Shown here: positions 37,138-51,200 of the stretch, one piece after another
Layout of the letters: every line of letters begins with the position of its first letter
Numbering within the stretch: the stretch's first letter is position 1
Translations under genes and position numbers: made by a program
The notes under the pieces: model-generated
Told to the model about the DNA's origin: nothing
Databases searched by the model: none
Seen by the model: only the letters and a program-made list of their open reading frames with translations
From: Octopus bimaculoides
Taxonomy: Eukaryota
Reading direction: 5' to 3'
Assembly: GCF_001194135.2 (NCBI RefSeq)
Contig: NC_068985.1
Coordinates: 33,052,468 to 33,107,136 of the forward strand
Length of the DNA: 54,669 nucleotides

Positions 37138-39295
37138 GAGCAGTACTCCATTGAGGGTCTCACACAAGTTTTCTAAAGAGTTAGTGATTGTTGGATATGA
37201 AGTAGTTTTGTTAATGGCTGTCTCCATCATTTTTATGCTGTTGGAAATGAGTAAGATAGAATGGTAGCTGGCAAGGTCACAGAGGTTTTGCCTTCTTGAA
37301 AATGGAAACATTGTAGCTGTTCCTAAAAGTTGGAATATATTCCTGTAGAGCAATAAAAAATGAAGAGATTGAAGAAGATAGGGTGTTGGGATGTGTTGTT
37401 TACAAGTAATGGATGGGATATTTTCAGGGTTAATAGCCTTGTTGGTTTGAGTGGTAATATGAGGGTACTTTTGCAATTTGCATATGTATGCATATGAGGT
37501 GATGAGCCATATGGATGGAAGGATGTTTACTCAATGTGTGTAGTGTCAGATGCAACATGAGTAGTAATGTGGGAGTTCTATTTACCGAACCCTCATGGTA
37601 GAGAAATAGAAAGAAGAAAGATTCTGAAAAGTTTATTGAAGTCTTTGGGATAAGGTGTTTATGATCATGCAATTAAACACAGAAGATAGAAATCCTGTGA
37701 ACTTATTGGAATCTGCTGCTAATTATATTTTAAATAGAATTCAGTAAGTTCATTTGCAATGACAAAGAATTTTGCATTTCTGGCATTGCCTTTCATTTGC
37801 TTGTGAAGAAAGAAGTAAAAAAAAGAGGGATTGGCATGTTGACCAGAAGCAAGAAAATGAAAAAGGAATTAGAGTTAAAGGAGTGATGTAGGGTGAGGAG
37901 CTAACCTGTGAGGGTCAAAAGTCAAAATGCAAGAATAAACTGAATGGGGATAATTATTTGAGGTAGAAAGAACCAGTGCCCCAAAGTGGAAGTCCAAGTA
38001 AAAAAGAAAGGGGAATATTAATTAGAAGAGACATGAGACAAACCATAACCACACCTAAATAACTATTTACAGGTAAAGATATCCATTAACTCTCACTCAG
38101 AAACAGATACAATTCTTTTGATTTAAGTATTTTGAATTTTCTTCAATTCTGAATGAAGGGAAAAGAAAGGGAGAAAAATGGAAATAAGAATATATACAAG
38201 CATACAACAATACCTGAAAAGAACACATATACTTGTATACTTATACCTATACAGAAACATGCACATAGCTACTTTCCAAACTACACATGTACATACTTTC
38301 AGTTGTTTACAGGCACATGGACATGCTTTCTGCATGCAAATGGTAGATATACAAATCAAAGTTATAAGTAACATAAATGTCTGAATAATGTATGGAAGGA
38401 TACTTGAGAAGAGTAGAACCATATGAATTTGAGGTATATATTCATTCTTTGTTGAGAAGCATTTTCCAAACTGAAGATTCTCATTTTTTTTTTTTTTAAT
38501 GTCTTTAGGATTAGAATAGGATGGGCCATTGTGTGAGACAACGCCATAGACTGAGAGGTGGTCAATGGAATGACCAAACAACATAAATAAATGACTACAG
38601 TTTGAAGACTCCCTGGGCATTACTACTGAACTAGTCACTTAAACAGTGTCCTATCTTGTCTATTCCAAAGTCTGCATCCAGGGAAGGTTGGAGGAAGTGC
38701 AGTCAAAGCAGTTGATCACATTGACCATAGACTTAAGACCTAGTAGGAGCATGGTATGGAAGATTAAAGGATAAGCATAGCATCTAAGCAGGAGTGAATG
38801 GAAGTTCTAGGTTGAATGTGGATCAGGGTGTGGGTACTCCTGACCAGAATATTATATAGATATTTACAATTCTTTAATAAAAATAAAGGCTTGGAAATGA
38901 TTGGAGCAATTATAGAAGTTTTATTTCATATTAATTTCAGATTATTAGTCTTATTAGTAAAGATCCATTTTTAAATGTTAATGTTCATTGGATTATTATC
39001 TAAATTAAAGATAGGTAGCTGAACATATGTTATAGAACAGTATATTCAAAAATTTTAGAGGATCCATGATATGAACTGCCATACTATTATTCTTCATGCC
39101 ATGCCATAAAATAAGCAATGAGAATTTACCAGTTGTACATATAAATACAATCAGAGCACCTGAAAGCTATCCTTATCCTCACATAATACTGACAGATGCT
39201 GTGGGTATCTGGTTATTTTCTCGGTAATTTTTTTTTAATCAAAATTTTTTCTATAAATTCCAAAATCACTAATACTATTAAAAGTCAGTATTCAG

Positions 39296-39320
39296 GAATC
39301 TTGACAACTGGAACCACTGT
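39296..39320 (+). CDS. Candidate 25-nt microexon (stalk of lectin gene)
   Basis: ttcag|GAATCTTGACAACTGGAACCACTGT|gtaagt. Phase 1 in, phase 2 out; reads RILTTGTT(V) after the CTLD exon. Acceptor is weak. Confidence 0.3.
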
Positions 39321-40183
39321 GTAAGTGCAGTACATATTTGATGATAATGATGATCTTGTCATCATTGATTTAGTGCATAGTTTCAACTGCTATATTGATG
39401 TATATTCGTTGATAATTTCAAACTAATTGAACAAAGAATGACTTTTGTAATGTAATCTGTTAGAGAACAATATTCTTAATGCATAACTTGAGATGCTGCC
39501 ATAAAAAGACATATTTGGGAAGTCTTGTTTTCATAGCTCTAAGAAGCCATTGTCACTAAAAGGAAACAATTAAATCCTGCAGCTGAGGTTTATTTTAAGA
39601 GATATCTAAAGTGGTCTGTAAGTGCTGAATATACAAAAAAACTTTTTTTTTTGTTTGTCTTTCCATTTACCAATTATGTATTGGTAGAAGATATACCTGA
39701 GAAGTATCTCTATATCGGCTGGCCATGTTAATGGCTTCCAAATTAATGTATATAGTTAATCAGTCTCTGATAACAATCTCCAGAATTGTTGGACACTTAA
39801 CTACTTGGCTTTCTTGCAACTCAATTTTTTTTCTTTTTTATGAGAAATGTTTTGAATATTTAATCTCTTATAATGGAGACTAATTGTTTCCTGCCTGTAG
39901 TATTGATCTGGTTGGCACCATCTGATTTTTTTTTTCTTGAGCTCAACAGTAATCTAATGATAGACATAAATAGATGTTTATCATATGCATTGGACTCATT
40001 GTTGTCATCTTATATCAAAATTGACAGGCTACTTTTAGTGATTACTTTGTTTAAATTTCCAATTCTGTTTCTCATAGAGAATCATAGAGCTACTTTAAGA
40101 GCCATGTTGTAAGATTGATACAGTGCAAGAATAATGGAAATAATAAGCACCAAGAAATTGTAGTCTTTGTGCTCAAGCATTCT

Positions 40184-40244
<61 letters not shown>

Positions 40245-40426
40245 TCCCCGCCCGTCCTTAAGAATCGTCTGTTTGATTTAGTACTTCTCAAATTTCTCAA
40301 AGTGCATTTCTGAAGGAGTGCGAAAATTACAGAAATAAATTTCAAGGACTCTATACATACACACAAATACCATTTCGTTTTGACACACACAGAACAACAG
40401 ACAAAACTCAAACGGATGAGTATTAG

Positions 40427-40505
<79 letters not shown>

Positions 40506-41839
40506 TTTGGGCGGATTCTAGGTTTCAGTCAACCACGAAAACCATTCTACAATTTTTCTGCTGAAACTCATGGGCCGAGGAATAATTTGACAGCCCTAAT
40601 CTCCGGGTGCAAGTTTTCAACAGTTGAAGCCGACCAAGGGACATGACTCAGCATGGAAGTCATTCTGCGATACCAAGGGACGCAACTCTTGATTATGGGA
40701 CATCTAAATGGTCATATTATAGTATATATAATTATGTATACACGTATTTGACGTCTATCTCTAGCATATAGGCATGTTAGCTTCTGTGCCGTTAATTATA
40801 ATTGTATTCTATACAATTATATATCTCTATATATGAATTTTACATAAAAGGTTATTTAATGCTGGCCACTGATAAAATTCATTAATTTTAATGATTTTAT
40901 CCTTTAATTATGTTTATAGTATACACACACACACACACACACACACACAGCTTCATGCTCATACACGCATGTGTGTGTGTGTGATATACATGTATTGGCA
41001 TGGTGAAATGGATGTTAAAATTATTAGTGATGGAGTCTAAAAGGCATGATATTTTACTCAAACTGATAAAAACAAATATATTTTATTTATTACGGGGGTC
41101 TCAGATGAGTTTACAATCTGTATGTGGTGGTTACATAAAAAGTGGAAGGAAAGGAAAGAATGGGAAAAATGTTCAAAATATGTGAATACATGGATGCTAT
41201 AGTCCTGATCCTCCAACTAGAGAGCACAAGTCTTCACCCAACTGTTGGTCACCAATGTACAGGTGCATGCTTTGCAGAAGTCCATATTCCCCCTAACCAT
41301 TTTTGCTACTGTAACCCAACTTTTGCCAAATTCACTGAGAAAGAGCACTACACTCTCTATCTGCATTTTCCCTTCTAAGTGGAAAGAGTTAATGAGGGCT
41401 TCACCACAGAAGAACATGTCTGTCCTCAATTCTTTCAGCCTCAACAACCACATAACCTCAAGCTGTAGCCCTGAACTGCTTCCCAGCCTTAGGTTTCCTT
41501 GCAGCTATGAACCAACAGATGTTGAAGCTCAACATTAGCCACACCAATCTGAGAGGGTTTGTGACTGCTTGGCTGTTTTGTGTGCTATATTTCTATACTC
41601 TTTCTATTCAGTAATTGTCACCAATGTCAGATGATGATGTTACCATGACAGCATGTGCATAAGCAGCCCTGGCTGTTTCATAACCCACCTTAACTTCTAC
41701 ATTTCCTCATTACTTTATTTTATCTTATTTCAGCTTTAAAAGATAAAGGCTGGAAAGAAGCTTCTCCCCAGTCTGCTCCTGATGGTAACAATTCTGCTAT
41801 TGGAGGTAATATTCTTTTTTTTTTTTATATATATATATA

Positions 41840-43064
41840 TGTAGTGAAACTACCTATCGCCATTAGATACAAAACTACTATCGCCATTACATACAATCTT
41901 CTCATTTAAATATAAATAAATGCGAGCGTAGTAGAGAACCCATTCCTTGTCATCACGTGACTGATTATTATTCGAATCGGCAACTTCTTCGAACCTTTCC
42001 CACCAGAACGCAAACTGACCAATCACGGCCCCTAATAAGGTCACGTGATAGAGTATATTTCTACCATCTGGTGAGCCAATAGTTTGTTATAAATAGCTTT
42101 AACNNNNNNNNNNNNNNNNNNNNNNNNNNNNNNNNNNNNNNNNNNNNNNNNNNNNNNNNNNNNNNNNNNNNNNNNNNNNNNNNNNNNNNNNNNNNNNNNN
42201 NNNNNNNNNNNNNNNNNNNNNNNNNNNNNNNNNNNNNNNNNNNNNNNNNNNNNNNNNNNNNNNNNNNNNNNNNNNNNNNNNNNNNNNNNNNNNNNNNNNN
42301 NNNNNNNNNNNNNNNNNNNNNNNNNNNNNNNNNNNNNNNNNNNNNNNNNNNNNNNNNNNNNNNNNNNNNNNNNNNNNNNNNNNNNNNNNNNNNNNNNNNN
42401 NNNNNNNNNNNNNNNNNNNNNNNNNNNNNNNNNNNNNNNNNNNNNNNNNNNNNNNNNNNNNNNNNNNNNNNNNNNNNNNNNNNNNNNNNNNNNNNNNNNN
42501 NNNNNNNNNNNNNNNNNNNNNNNNNNNNNNNNNNNNNNNNNNNNNNNNNNNNNNNNNNNNNNNNNNNNNNNNNNNNNNNNNNNNNNNNNNNNNNNNNNNN
42601 NNNNNNNNNNNNNNNNNNNNNNNNNCCACACTCAGCCTCTCCTCACTTTCACATACAGAACTTTTCCTATAGTGTACTAACGAACTGGTATAATTGCTTA
42701 CGTGTTATTGACTCTCTTTCTATCTGCTGTAATATTTCTCACACACACATGTATCACTCACATACACACTTTTCTTTGTATGACGGCCTGTCTTTGATTA
42801 TGTTCTTATATGTCGCATTCACACTCTCACACAGACATACATCTTTAACGCTATAATAAATATCTCTGTTATTCATCTAATACGGTTGTGGTCTTTCATT
42901 ACTGGTCATCTATGTTATCGTCGCATAACATATCATGTATATCAACTTTGATATATATATATTTGTATGTTCGACCGTGTGACACGTTTAAATAAAAGGA
43001 GTCCTCTGTTTTTTCCATTCGTCACCTTTTCTCCTTTTATGAGTTCGCACGGTCGTCCCTTACA
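41840..43064 (+). mobile_element. Probable solo LTR (spans an N gap)
   Basis: TGTAG...CTTACA termini inside a (TA)n tract. CpG-rich; TCACGTGA at 41953 and 42041, CCAAT at 42019 and 42076, TATAAATA at 42088, AATAAA at 42855 and 42991. Confidence 0.6.
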
Positions 43065-43628
43065 TATATATTTCGTTTTTGTATTTTTCTTTATTTTCTG
43101 AAAACAACTATATTGTTTTACAGAATTATAAGAGAAAGAAGAAAATTATGAGTGAGAATGGCTGCATCAATAGGGTAGATCAGCTAAACACCACCACATG
43201 ATCTTTCAGTGTCTCTAGCAGAATATACACTACAGCAAACATTCAGACAAGTTGAGACCCTTTTAAAGAGTTAGAGAAAAAAAAGCATGTACTACTTTTC
43301 CTCTTCTTACTAAACAAAAAGGAATTTTTTTTTTTTTAAATAAAAGCTACCAGCTTAAAGATTGGCAGTTCATATCCCATTGTTTGTATTGTGTCTAAAG
43401 CTCAGATACTTAATTCTGAATGGTTGAGTATTTTGCTGACTTCAACTATGTGTGAGTAATCTCACAGCTGTTTGAAAATAACCTCACTTCCTTGGGACTA
43501 TCTAATAAAATACGAAAGCTAAGAGGTAAAAACTTTCACATAAACTCCAAAGTGAATGCTTTTGTTCTGATTACTGCTGATAGCTCCTGCACCTAAACTG
43601 AGCTAAACCTGTTTCCATACACTTTTAG

Positions 43629-43654
43629 ACTGCGCTACATTGGTGAAAATGGGA
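43629..43654 (+). CDS. Candidate 26-nt microexon (stalk of lectin gene)
   Basis: cctgtttccatacacttttag|ACTGCGCTACATTGGTGAAAATGGGA|gtgagg. Phase 2 in, phase 1 out; reads LRYIGENG(S) and joins the TM exon in frame. Confidence 0.3.
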
Positions 43655-44386
43655 GTGAGGTCTTGACTTGGATTAGATTACGGTTTCCATCTATAATGCT
43701 CAAGTTTTGAATGCCAATGCCACATTGTAGTGTCTTAGGCTAAAAGAAACTTTTTTTTTTCTACAAATTAAAAGAACAAAAGAAGACAGACATTCTGCAA
43801 TGGTTATAATGTTTATTTCAGGCATTCATGTTAGAAACTTACATAATAAACATTATTCAATGTTTTGATTCCGAAGCTGAAAACAAAGTTGTTTTTTTTT
43901 TTAATCGATGATTTTAAAAATATAAACTATAATTCTTTCACCTACTTACAATATTTCATGTTGAGTATGTTTATAGTTTAATGAGCACAGAATTAATTTC
44001 TTAATTATAAATAATATAAACTGCTTTCTCATATCTTAGGCAAAATGAAAGTATGTAAAATATACTTAAGTAAATTATATAAATTATATTAAGCCACTTC
44101 AAATAAACTTTTTATTTTCAAAATGAGAGAAAAGCACTCTTTTACCTGCCCAAGTTATTCATAAGTTCAAACCTTACTATAGTTCTTGAGTTGTACTCAA
44201 CTCTGCTTCATTGACAAAAAATGGTAAGATTCCTACTTCACAATTATATCATTTAACAATTAAAGAAACATCCAGTCATAAAATAAAATTACTTCAGCAA
44301 TCAATCAGCTTATGCAATTTGGAAAGGTAAATATTTGCAAAACCCCATTACATCTATCCTATGGCTCAAAATCCCATTACATCTAT

Positions 44387-44541
<155 letters not shown>

Positions 44542-44610
44542 TGTCTGTCTACAATTATCTATTTATCCCTGTCTTAGTGTATTTTTCAAATACTTTTCTT
44601 TTTATTACAG

Positions 44611-44692
44611 GTAACATGGTTGGTCTGATAGTTGGTTTTGTGGTTGCTTTCATTATCATCATGATCATTTTCATTGTTTATTACAAACGCTG
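44611..44692 (+). CDS. Coding exon: single transmembrane helix with basic stop-transfer, probably the same gene as the CTLD exon
   Basis: Acceptor tacttttctttttattacag, donor GTATGT at 44693. Encodes xNMVGLIVGFVVAFIIIMIIFIVYYKR(W/C), phase 1-2. Linkage to the lectin exon is inferred from strand and phase only. Confidence 0.8.
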
Positions 44693-45699
44693 GTATGTAT
44701 ATGAAGCATAATTTGTGATAATTCTTCTATCTTGTGAAACATTCAATCACTGACATCAAGCATGTTTCAATATAGTAAAATCAGAACCTTTTAATTGTGT
44801 TTCTTTGGCATGACACACAACAGAATTTTCAGATACATTCAGAACATTTTACATATGTTGAACTAAAAAACTGAATAAATAAATAAACATTTCAACTGGA
44901 AACATCATTAATCATATTATGGCTAGAATTGCTAGCAAGTTTAAGCTATTTTAACTCAAGTTAAATATACTGAAAAGTGCCTTGATCTTTTTGTTGCCAT
45001 ATTTCAATTCAAATGCACTGCTTTTCAGTCAGTTTATTTTGAAAATAATGAATAGTTTAATAAAATAACCTTGTCATTAATTAGCTGGTGTGTGGAATAT
45101 AAATTAAGAAGAAATTTTGTTGGAATGTTTCAATTTAGATTACTTTAAAACAGGAAGTTTATACCATAGAGTCAGGTGCAGTTTTATTGGTATCAAAAGG
45201 ACTAATCTTTATCCTGGTTTACCAAACTGACATAAATATTACCTTCTCAAATATCAGAGTCTGATATGTTTCTGATCGGTAAGAGAAATGCATGTGTGTG
45301 TGTGTGTGTGTACACCAGGAGATACTGAGAAGTTCTTGGCTTTGGGTAAAAGAAAATACAGAAACGCACACATGCATGCATGCATGCATGTGCACACACA
45401 TTCTTATCTAGTCTAACATGCATAATACATCTAGTTTATGAAACCATTCAAAGCTAAGACATACAAAAATTGTTAGACTTTGTAAGTTAAACCAAATGAA
45501 AGTGCTCTATTTAAATCTCTTATTAATGTCTTGAATACATGTTTCTGCTTTGAATATTCATTTTGATAAAATAAAATGTGGTTGTATATCTATGGTATAC
45601 ACACACACACATACACATACACACATACATACAGCAATGCACTAGATATCTTGGTCCTTAGCTTTACAAAGGAGATAACAGAGGACTGAGATATCTGGT

Positions 45700-45910
45700 G
45701 CCTTGCTGTACTCAAGAAGATCCATCTACCACTACAGAATTGATACCACTGCCGGTGCTGCATGGAAAGCACCCAGTACACTGTGTGGAGTGGTTGGCAT
45801 TAGGAAGGGCATCCAGCTATAGAAACCATGCCAGAATAGACAGTTGAACCTGGTCAAACCATCTAACCCAAGCCAGCATGGAAAACAGATGTTAAATGAT
45901 GATGATGATG
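45700..45910 (+). mobile_element. RTE-type 3' tail
   Basis: AAAGCACCCAGTACACTGTGTGGAGTGGTTGGCATTAGGAAGGGCATCCAGC...GTTAAA(TGA)n. Confidence 0.8.
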
Positions 45911-45929
45911 GTATATATATATAAACTTA

Positions 45930-46048
45930 GACCGGTATGCATGGGCGACTGCTGGTCTTCCATAAACAACCTTGTCTGGACTTGTGCCTCGGAGGGTAAC
46001 TTTCTAGGTGCAATCCCATGGTCAGTCATGACCAAAGGGGGTCTCAGC
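45930..46048 (+). mobile_element. 119-bp 5'-truncated retroposon with 11-bp TSD
   Basis: TSD ATATAAACTTA at 45919-45929 and 46049-46059. Family not identified. Confidence 0.7.
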
Positions 46049-46199
46049 ATATAAACTTACTGTTTACAAAAGTCGGGATGTGTGGCATTCAGTTACTCAA
46101 TAAATGAAAAATGCACTAAATACTACAAACTGTACACGTAAGACAGACACAGAAGGGCCGTAATTCTTTATCAGTTACCATTTATCAGCAGCACTCATC

Positions 46200-46460
46200 G
46201 AAAGCCTTGTGGGTGGATTTGGTAGGCAGAAACTGAAAAGAAGCCCACCCATCGTGTGTGTGTGTGTTTGTGTTTGACCCCCACCATCACCTGACAGCTG
46301 ATGTTAGTCTGTTTACATCCCTGTAACTTAGCAGTTTGATAAAAGAGACCCATAGAATAAGTACTAGGCTTACAAAGAATAAGTCCTGGGACCAAATTGT
46401 TCAACTAAAGGTGGTGCTCCGGCATGGCCACAGTCAAGTGACTGAAAAAAATAAAAGAAT
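46200..46460 (+). mobile_element. 5'-truncated tRNA/CORE-like SINE
   Basis: AAAGCCTTGTGGGTGGATTTGGTAG...AAAGGTGGTGCTCCGGCATGGCC...GACTGAAA. Confidence 0.82.
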
Positions 46461-48431
46461 ATATATATCATCATATAAGATGGATCTCTGCATAATTTTA
46501 ATCTCATAAATTCTGCTCCAAAGCTATTGCTTAACCTGAGACTATACTAGAAGACATTGTCTAAGGTGCTGCACAGTAAGATTGAAACTGGAACTATGTA
46601 GTAGCAAAGAACTGCCCTACTATACCTGTGATAGTTTGGAGATTTAATTTGTCACCCAGATTATTACTACTTCCTGTGCTTTAGTCATCATTAGCAGAAT
46701 CCACTGTGTTGCAACCATTGACACAGTTGCCATTCTGAAGATATCTCAAATACCATTTTTCTCTCCTTTGTCAACTTTGGATCTCCTCCAAAAAGATCAT
46801 ATGTACTGCCTGCTACTATTCGTCCTCTAATCCATTCACCCTTACATGCTACCTTAAAAATCCTTTTGACCTGCCAAATAGGATCACTGAGTTGGAGAAG
46901 GAAAATAATTAGAATACCTGTTATTCTAATGAAAAATAACTTCTGAAGGAGTCACTTTTCACTGTATATAAATGATACAATTTATGACATTTAATATCAG
47001 ACTTGGTCTAAATTGCTAAATAATTAACCTAGATAGTTCCTTTAAAGCTGATTTAGTAGTATAAATATGGATATTATCACATTAATCATTTGTTAAGGCT
47101 TTGAAGTACGAAGAATGAACAAATTGACTTGTATAGACACATGGCATTCTGGGAAAGAATATCTAAGTCAAAAGCTGAACATGTAAAGAATAGAAATTCA
47201 ACAAACAGTGTAATTTTGATGCTGTTGTATCTGGCTCCTGTTCACTTGTCTTAAAACCTCCCTTTGGAATGCAGATAATCAGTTGAAAAACTAGTCATGA
47301 TCAACAAATCCATTGCTCTACCTATGTAACATATTCTACTGCCTGACATGCATATGGTGTGCTCTATGGTAGTTCAGACATGTTACTTTTTTTACTTTTA
47401 TGATTTTTATTTTGATTCTTAATGAGATTGGTCATTATTTGCTATGCAGCTAGAAACTTGTGTACATACTCTTTATATTATACCTAGAATGTAATCAGTA
47501 ATTGGAGAAACCACACAATATATGAACTGCTAAATTGATATATCAGCTGAAGAGCAAAACTAATGCATTTACACTTATTTATTAATATCATGCAATTTTG
47601 ACAGTGCCTAAAAATAAATACAACAAAAACTAATCAAAAAAATGAATATTGCATTCAGATTTTTATGTCCACATCAGTTCCATTGACAAAACATAAATAA
47701 TTTCAAGGTACACACATTGATATAGGCAAGATTGAAATTGTGCTTGTGTACAATTTAAACTAACCACAGGGAATCTCTGTGCTTAATCAAACTATGTCAT
47801 GAACAAATGCATAGATTATACAGAAACCACCAGGATATTCTGGAGACTCTGCTAAAACTAACACAACTGCACATATAGCTATGTTTTTAATATAACACAT
47901 GCACATACACACACATGTGCAAATAAACACAGAAAATTCTGTGCCTTACAAAATGACTCCCACAAAAAAAAAAACTGTAATAAAATGTTCTTATTTTTCT
48001 GTCTCTGTGTTTCTGTTTCTTCATGCACATCTCCTTTATCTTGTTTTGAAATGTAGCAAAGCATCCTTGTCTATAAGGAGCCGTATACACTACATATGTA
48101 TCTAATTTGAATGTTTCTTATTCACATTCTTTTATTTGTCTACCCTTTACCCTTGCCACAGTTCACTGCAGAATGTTTATTTACCTGTTCATGTATTTGC
48201 AAATTGAAACAGATAAAATTCCAATATGTGGGGTGTATTTTATACAAAGTTATGTAGACGTTTACAAATGAAATCTATTGAAAGCAATTTTATTACATAT
48301 TTACTGATCATGGTCAGTACTGGGTAAACACTTACGTGCCATTCTTGTTTCAAAGCTGCTTCTTGTAGAGTGTTATAAGTGTTTTCAGTTGATTTGAAAT
48401 GATATCAAATAATATGAAGGAGTAGTATAAG

Positions 48432-48479
48432 CACTGATGTGAGGACCTAGCTGTATACAGCTAGGTCCTCACATCAGTG
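48432..48479. repeat. Perfect 48-bp palindrome with no spacer
   Basis: CACTGATGTGAGGACCTAGCTGTA followed directly by TACAGCTAGGTCCTCACATCAGTG. Confidence 0.97.
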
Positions 48480-49167
48480 TTTAATTTCATACATCTATGT
48501 ACAAGGCCTGTACTCATATTGGTTCAGTTGGTTATTCCCCTTACAAACTGGAGTTCATCAAAAGGAGAAAACAATGTCTTAATATAAAATACATAACTCT
48601 ACAAATATTTAAGCTTTTCCACTTTTTAGATACTGTTATTTTTTGGTTGTTGTTTTCCTTTTAATTACTAAATAATGTTAGACGAAAATCAGCTTCTGTT
48701 TTCAGTATTCATTGCATCTTCAGTTTTTAGTCACAAAAACCCAGGAGTGGGTGCTCATAAGTTGTTCTACACTAAACATTTGATTTTCATTGAGAATCAA
48801 TCAAGGATCTACAAAGAAATTTTCAGCATAACCAAAGCTTATTTAAAATTAAGCAGCAGCAAAAAAAAGAAAAACTCCAACAAGAAGTAAATGGATATAT
48901 ATGTTTGATAAGCATCTAAAGAAGAGAAAGATTCAGGCACTGTTCCAATGGCTTTAAAGAATTAAATGCATGAGATATTTGGCTGATATACTTAGAACTG
49001 AAGAATGAAATTGATAAAAATATATATATAGATAGATATTGGACTGAAAAATCCTTTTGGATAGAAAAAGGGTTTTTCTACCCAATATTCACAAGCTATT
49101 ATTTATGTACATGCTTTGGAATATTCAGAAAAAGAATTATGTATATACTTAGATACATGCATGTATA

Positions 49168-49550
49168 GGCACAGGCATGGCTGTGGTAAGAAATTTACTT
49201 CCCAACTACATGGTTCCAGGTTCAGTCCTACTGCATAGTACCTTGAGCAAGTGTTTTCTACAATACCTTCAGGCTGACCAAAGTCTTGTGAGTGGTTTTG
49301 GTTGATGGAAAATGTAAGAAGCTGGTCATGTACATATATGTGTGTCTTTGCATCTGTGTTTGTCCCTCACCTCCAGTGTTGGTGTGTTTGCATCCCTGTG
49401 ACTTAACAGTTCAGCAAAAGAGACTGATAGACTAAGTACCAGACTGTAAAAAATAAGCACTGGGGTCGATTCATTCAACTAAAAATTCTTTAAGGCAGTG
49501 CCCCAGCATGGCTGCAGTCTAATGACTGAAACCAGTAAAAGATAAAAGAA
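49168..49550 (+). mobile_element. tRNA/CORE-like SINE
   Basis: GGCACAGGCATGGCTGTGGTAAG...GGTTCAGTCC...CCTTGAGCAAGTG with the family tail. Confidence 0.85.
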
Positions 49551-49597
49551 GATATATAAAGGTACGTTATATGATGGGGTGTGTGTGTGTTTTTATA

Positions 49598-50175
49598 TCA
49601 TCATCGCTTAGCGTCCGTTTTCCATGCTGGCATGGGTTGGACGGTTTGACTGGGAACTGGTAAGCCAGGAGGCTGCACCAGGCTCCAATCTGATGTCAGC
49701 CACAGCTGTGATCTCACTTTACTTGCTGGGTCTTCTCAATCACAGCATATCTCCAAAGGTCTCAGTCTCTTGTTACTGCCTCTGTGTGGCCCAACATTTG
49801 AAGGTTGTGCTTCACCACCTCATTCCATGCCTCCCTGTGTCTCTCTCTTCCACATGTTCCTTCCACTGTTAGGGTGTGACACTTCTTCACACAGCTCTCC
49901 TAGTCCATATGCAGCACATGACCATACCAGCGCAGTCATCTCTCTTGCACACCACATCTGATGCTTCTTATGCCCGTCATATAACATCCCTTTTTCTATG
50001 CTGGTATTGGTTGGACAATTCAACAGGAACTGACAGTCAAGAGGGCTGTGCCAAGCTCCAATATCTTCTTTGGCATGACTTCTACTGCTGGATGCCCTTC
50101 TTAATGCCAACCACCTTACAGTGGACTGCATACCTTTTTCATGGTACCAACACTAGTGAGGTTACCAAGTACTCC
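49598..50175 (-). mobile_element. RTE fragments (tail, RT C-terminus, second tail piece)
   Basis: Minus strand reads ...WSCAAYGLGELCEEVSHPNSGRNMWKR..., the shifted frame of the RTE C-terminus; tail motifs are present. Confidence 0.8.
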
Positions 50176-50799
50176 CAAGACAAGAACCCCTCAACTGAAT
50201 GGAGTACAGTATTGAAGGAAGTGAAAGTATGATAGAGGGACAGAACAGATGTGTTGCTGAACTGGAGAATACATGGATTCACCAACTAGAGAGAGAAAGA
50301 GACAATAATTATGATGATGAGGGCACACACTCAAAGTACAAGGTGAATATGAAAGAGAAGGGGAGAGAAAATAGGGATAGAGGAACAGAAAAGCTGAGTA
50401 AGTAGGTGAGCTTGCAAGCATGTGAAAATAGTGTGAGATGTGATTAGACATAAGAAGTGATGTGGATGCAGTAAATGTCAGTTTGTGGGGAGGGGAAGTG
50501 AAAGAAACAGCAGTGGGGAAAAAGGGTAAGTGATAAGGTACAGTATTAGGGATACAAGGTGAATTGTGGGGGATAAATGGTATCATTTACAGTAGGTGAA
50601 TGAGTACTACGACAGAAGATTGATGGAGGGATGTATGTTGGAAAATGAGTTGGGTGAGGGCGGTCTTGACAGAACCTCATTTTTGCTGTGATGAATGGGT
50701 CTTCTCAAACACAGTATATTGCCAAATGTCTCAGTCTTTTATTAACTCTTCCATGAGACTCAGAACTTTGAGATTAGCCTTCACTATCCACATCTTTCT

Positions 50800-51200
50800 G
50801 AGTCTCCCTTATCTGCAGGTTCCAACCATATTTAGTGATTGGAACTTCTTTATGCAACTTCCCTTATCCATTTGCTTTCTCATGACCATACCTGTACAGT
50901 CTTCTCTCTTGCATACCACATCTGATAGCTCTTATGCCCAATTTTCTTCTCAACACAATTCTACTTTGTCGAATATATGCACTGATGTTACACATGCAGC
51001 CTTTGCATGTCTTCTGCATTAATAGCCCAAGTTTTACAACCATGTAACATTACTTTTCATACACAAGAATTGTACTTATTTGCCCTTAACGCTGAGAAAT
51101 AGGTCTTTTGTTACCAACAGTAGTTGGCTCTCTGAACTTCTTCCATCTTGTTCTTCTTATGCTAGCAACTATACTTTGACATCCCCCTCCACTGTTAATT
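50800..51200 (-). mobile_element. Old RTE RT C-terminal fragment
   Basis: CATGACCATACCTGTACAGTCTTCTCTCTTGCATACCACA and TTTGCCCTTAACGCTGAGA are homologous to the RTE copies. Confidence 0.7.

Noticed and set aside
36880-38870. Purine/pyrimidine-skewed tracts (also 9780-10080, 21560-21800, 50200-50700, 52300-52900)
   Set aside because: No periodicity, sustained ORF or motif could be extracted; treated as decayed low-complexity or ancient repeat sequence.
40245-40870. CpG-containing segments between microsatellites
   Set aside because: Probably a young DNA-transposon or Helitron fragment, but I could not identify termini or family.
48162-48210. Strong pyrimidine tract and CAG acceptor
   Set aside because: The frame after the TM exon stops within 15 codons and there is no good donor; cannot be supported as an exon.
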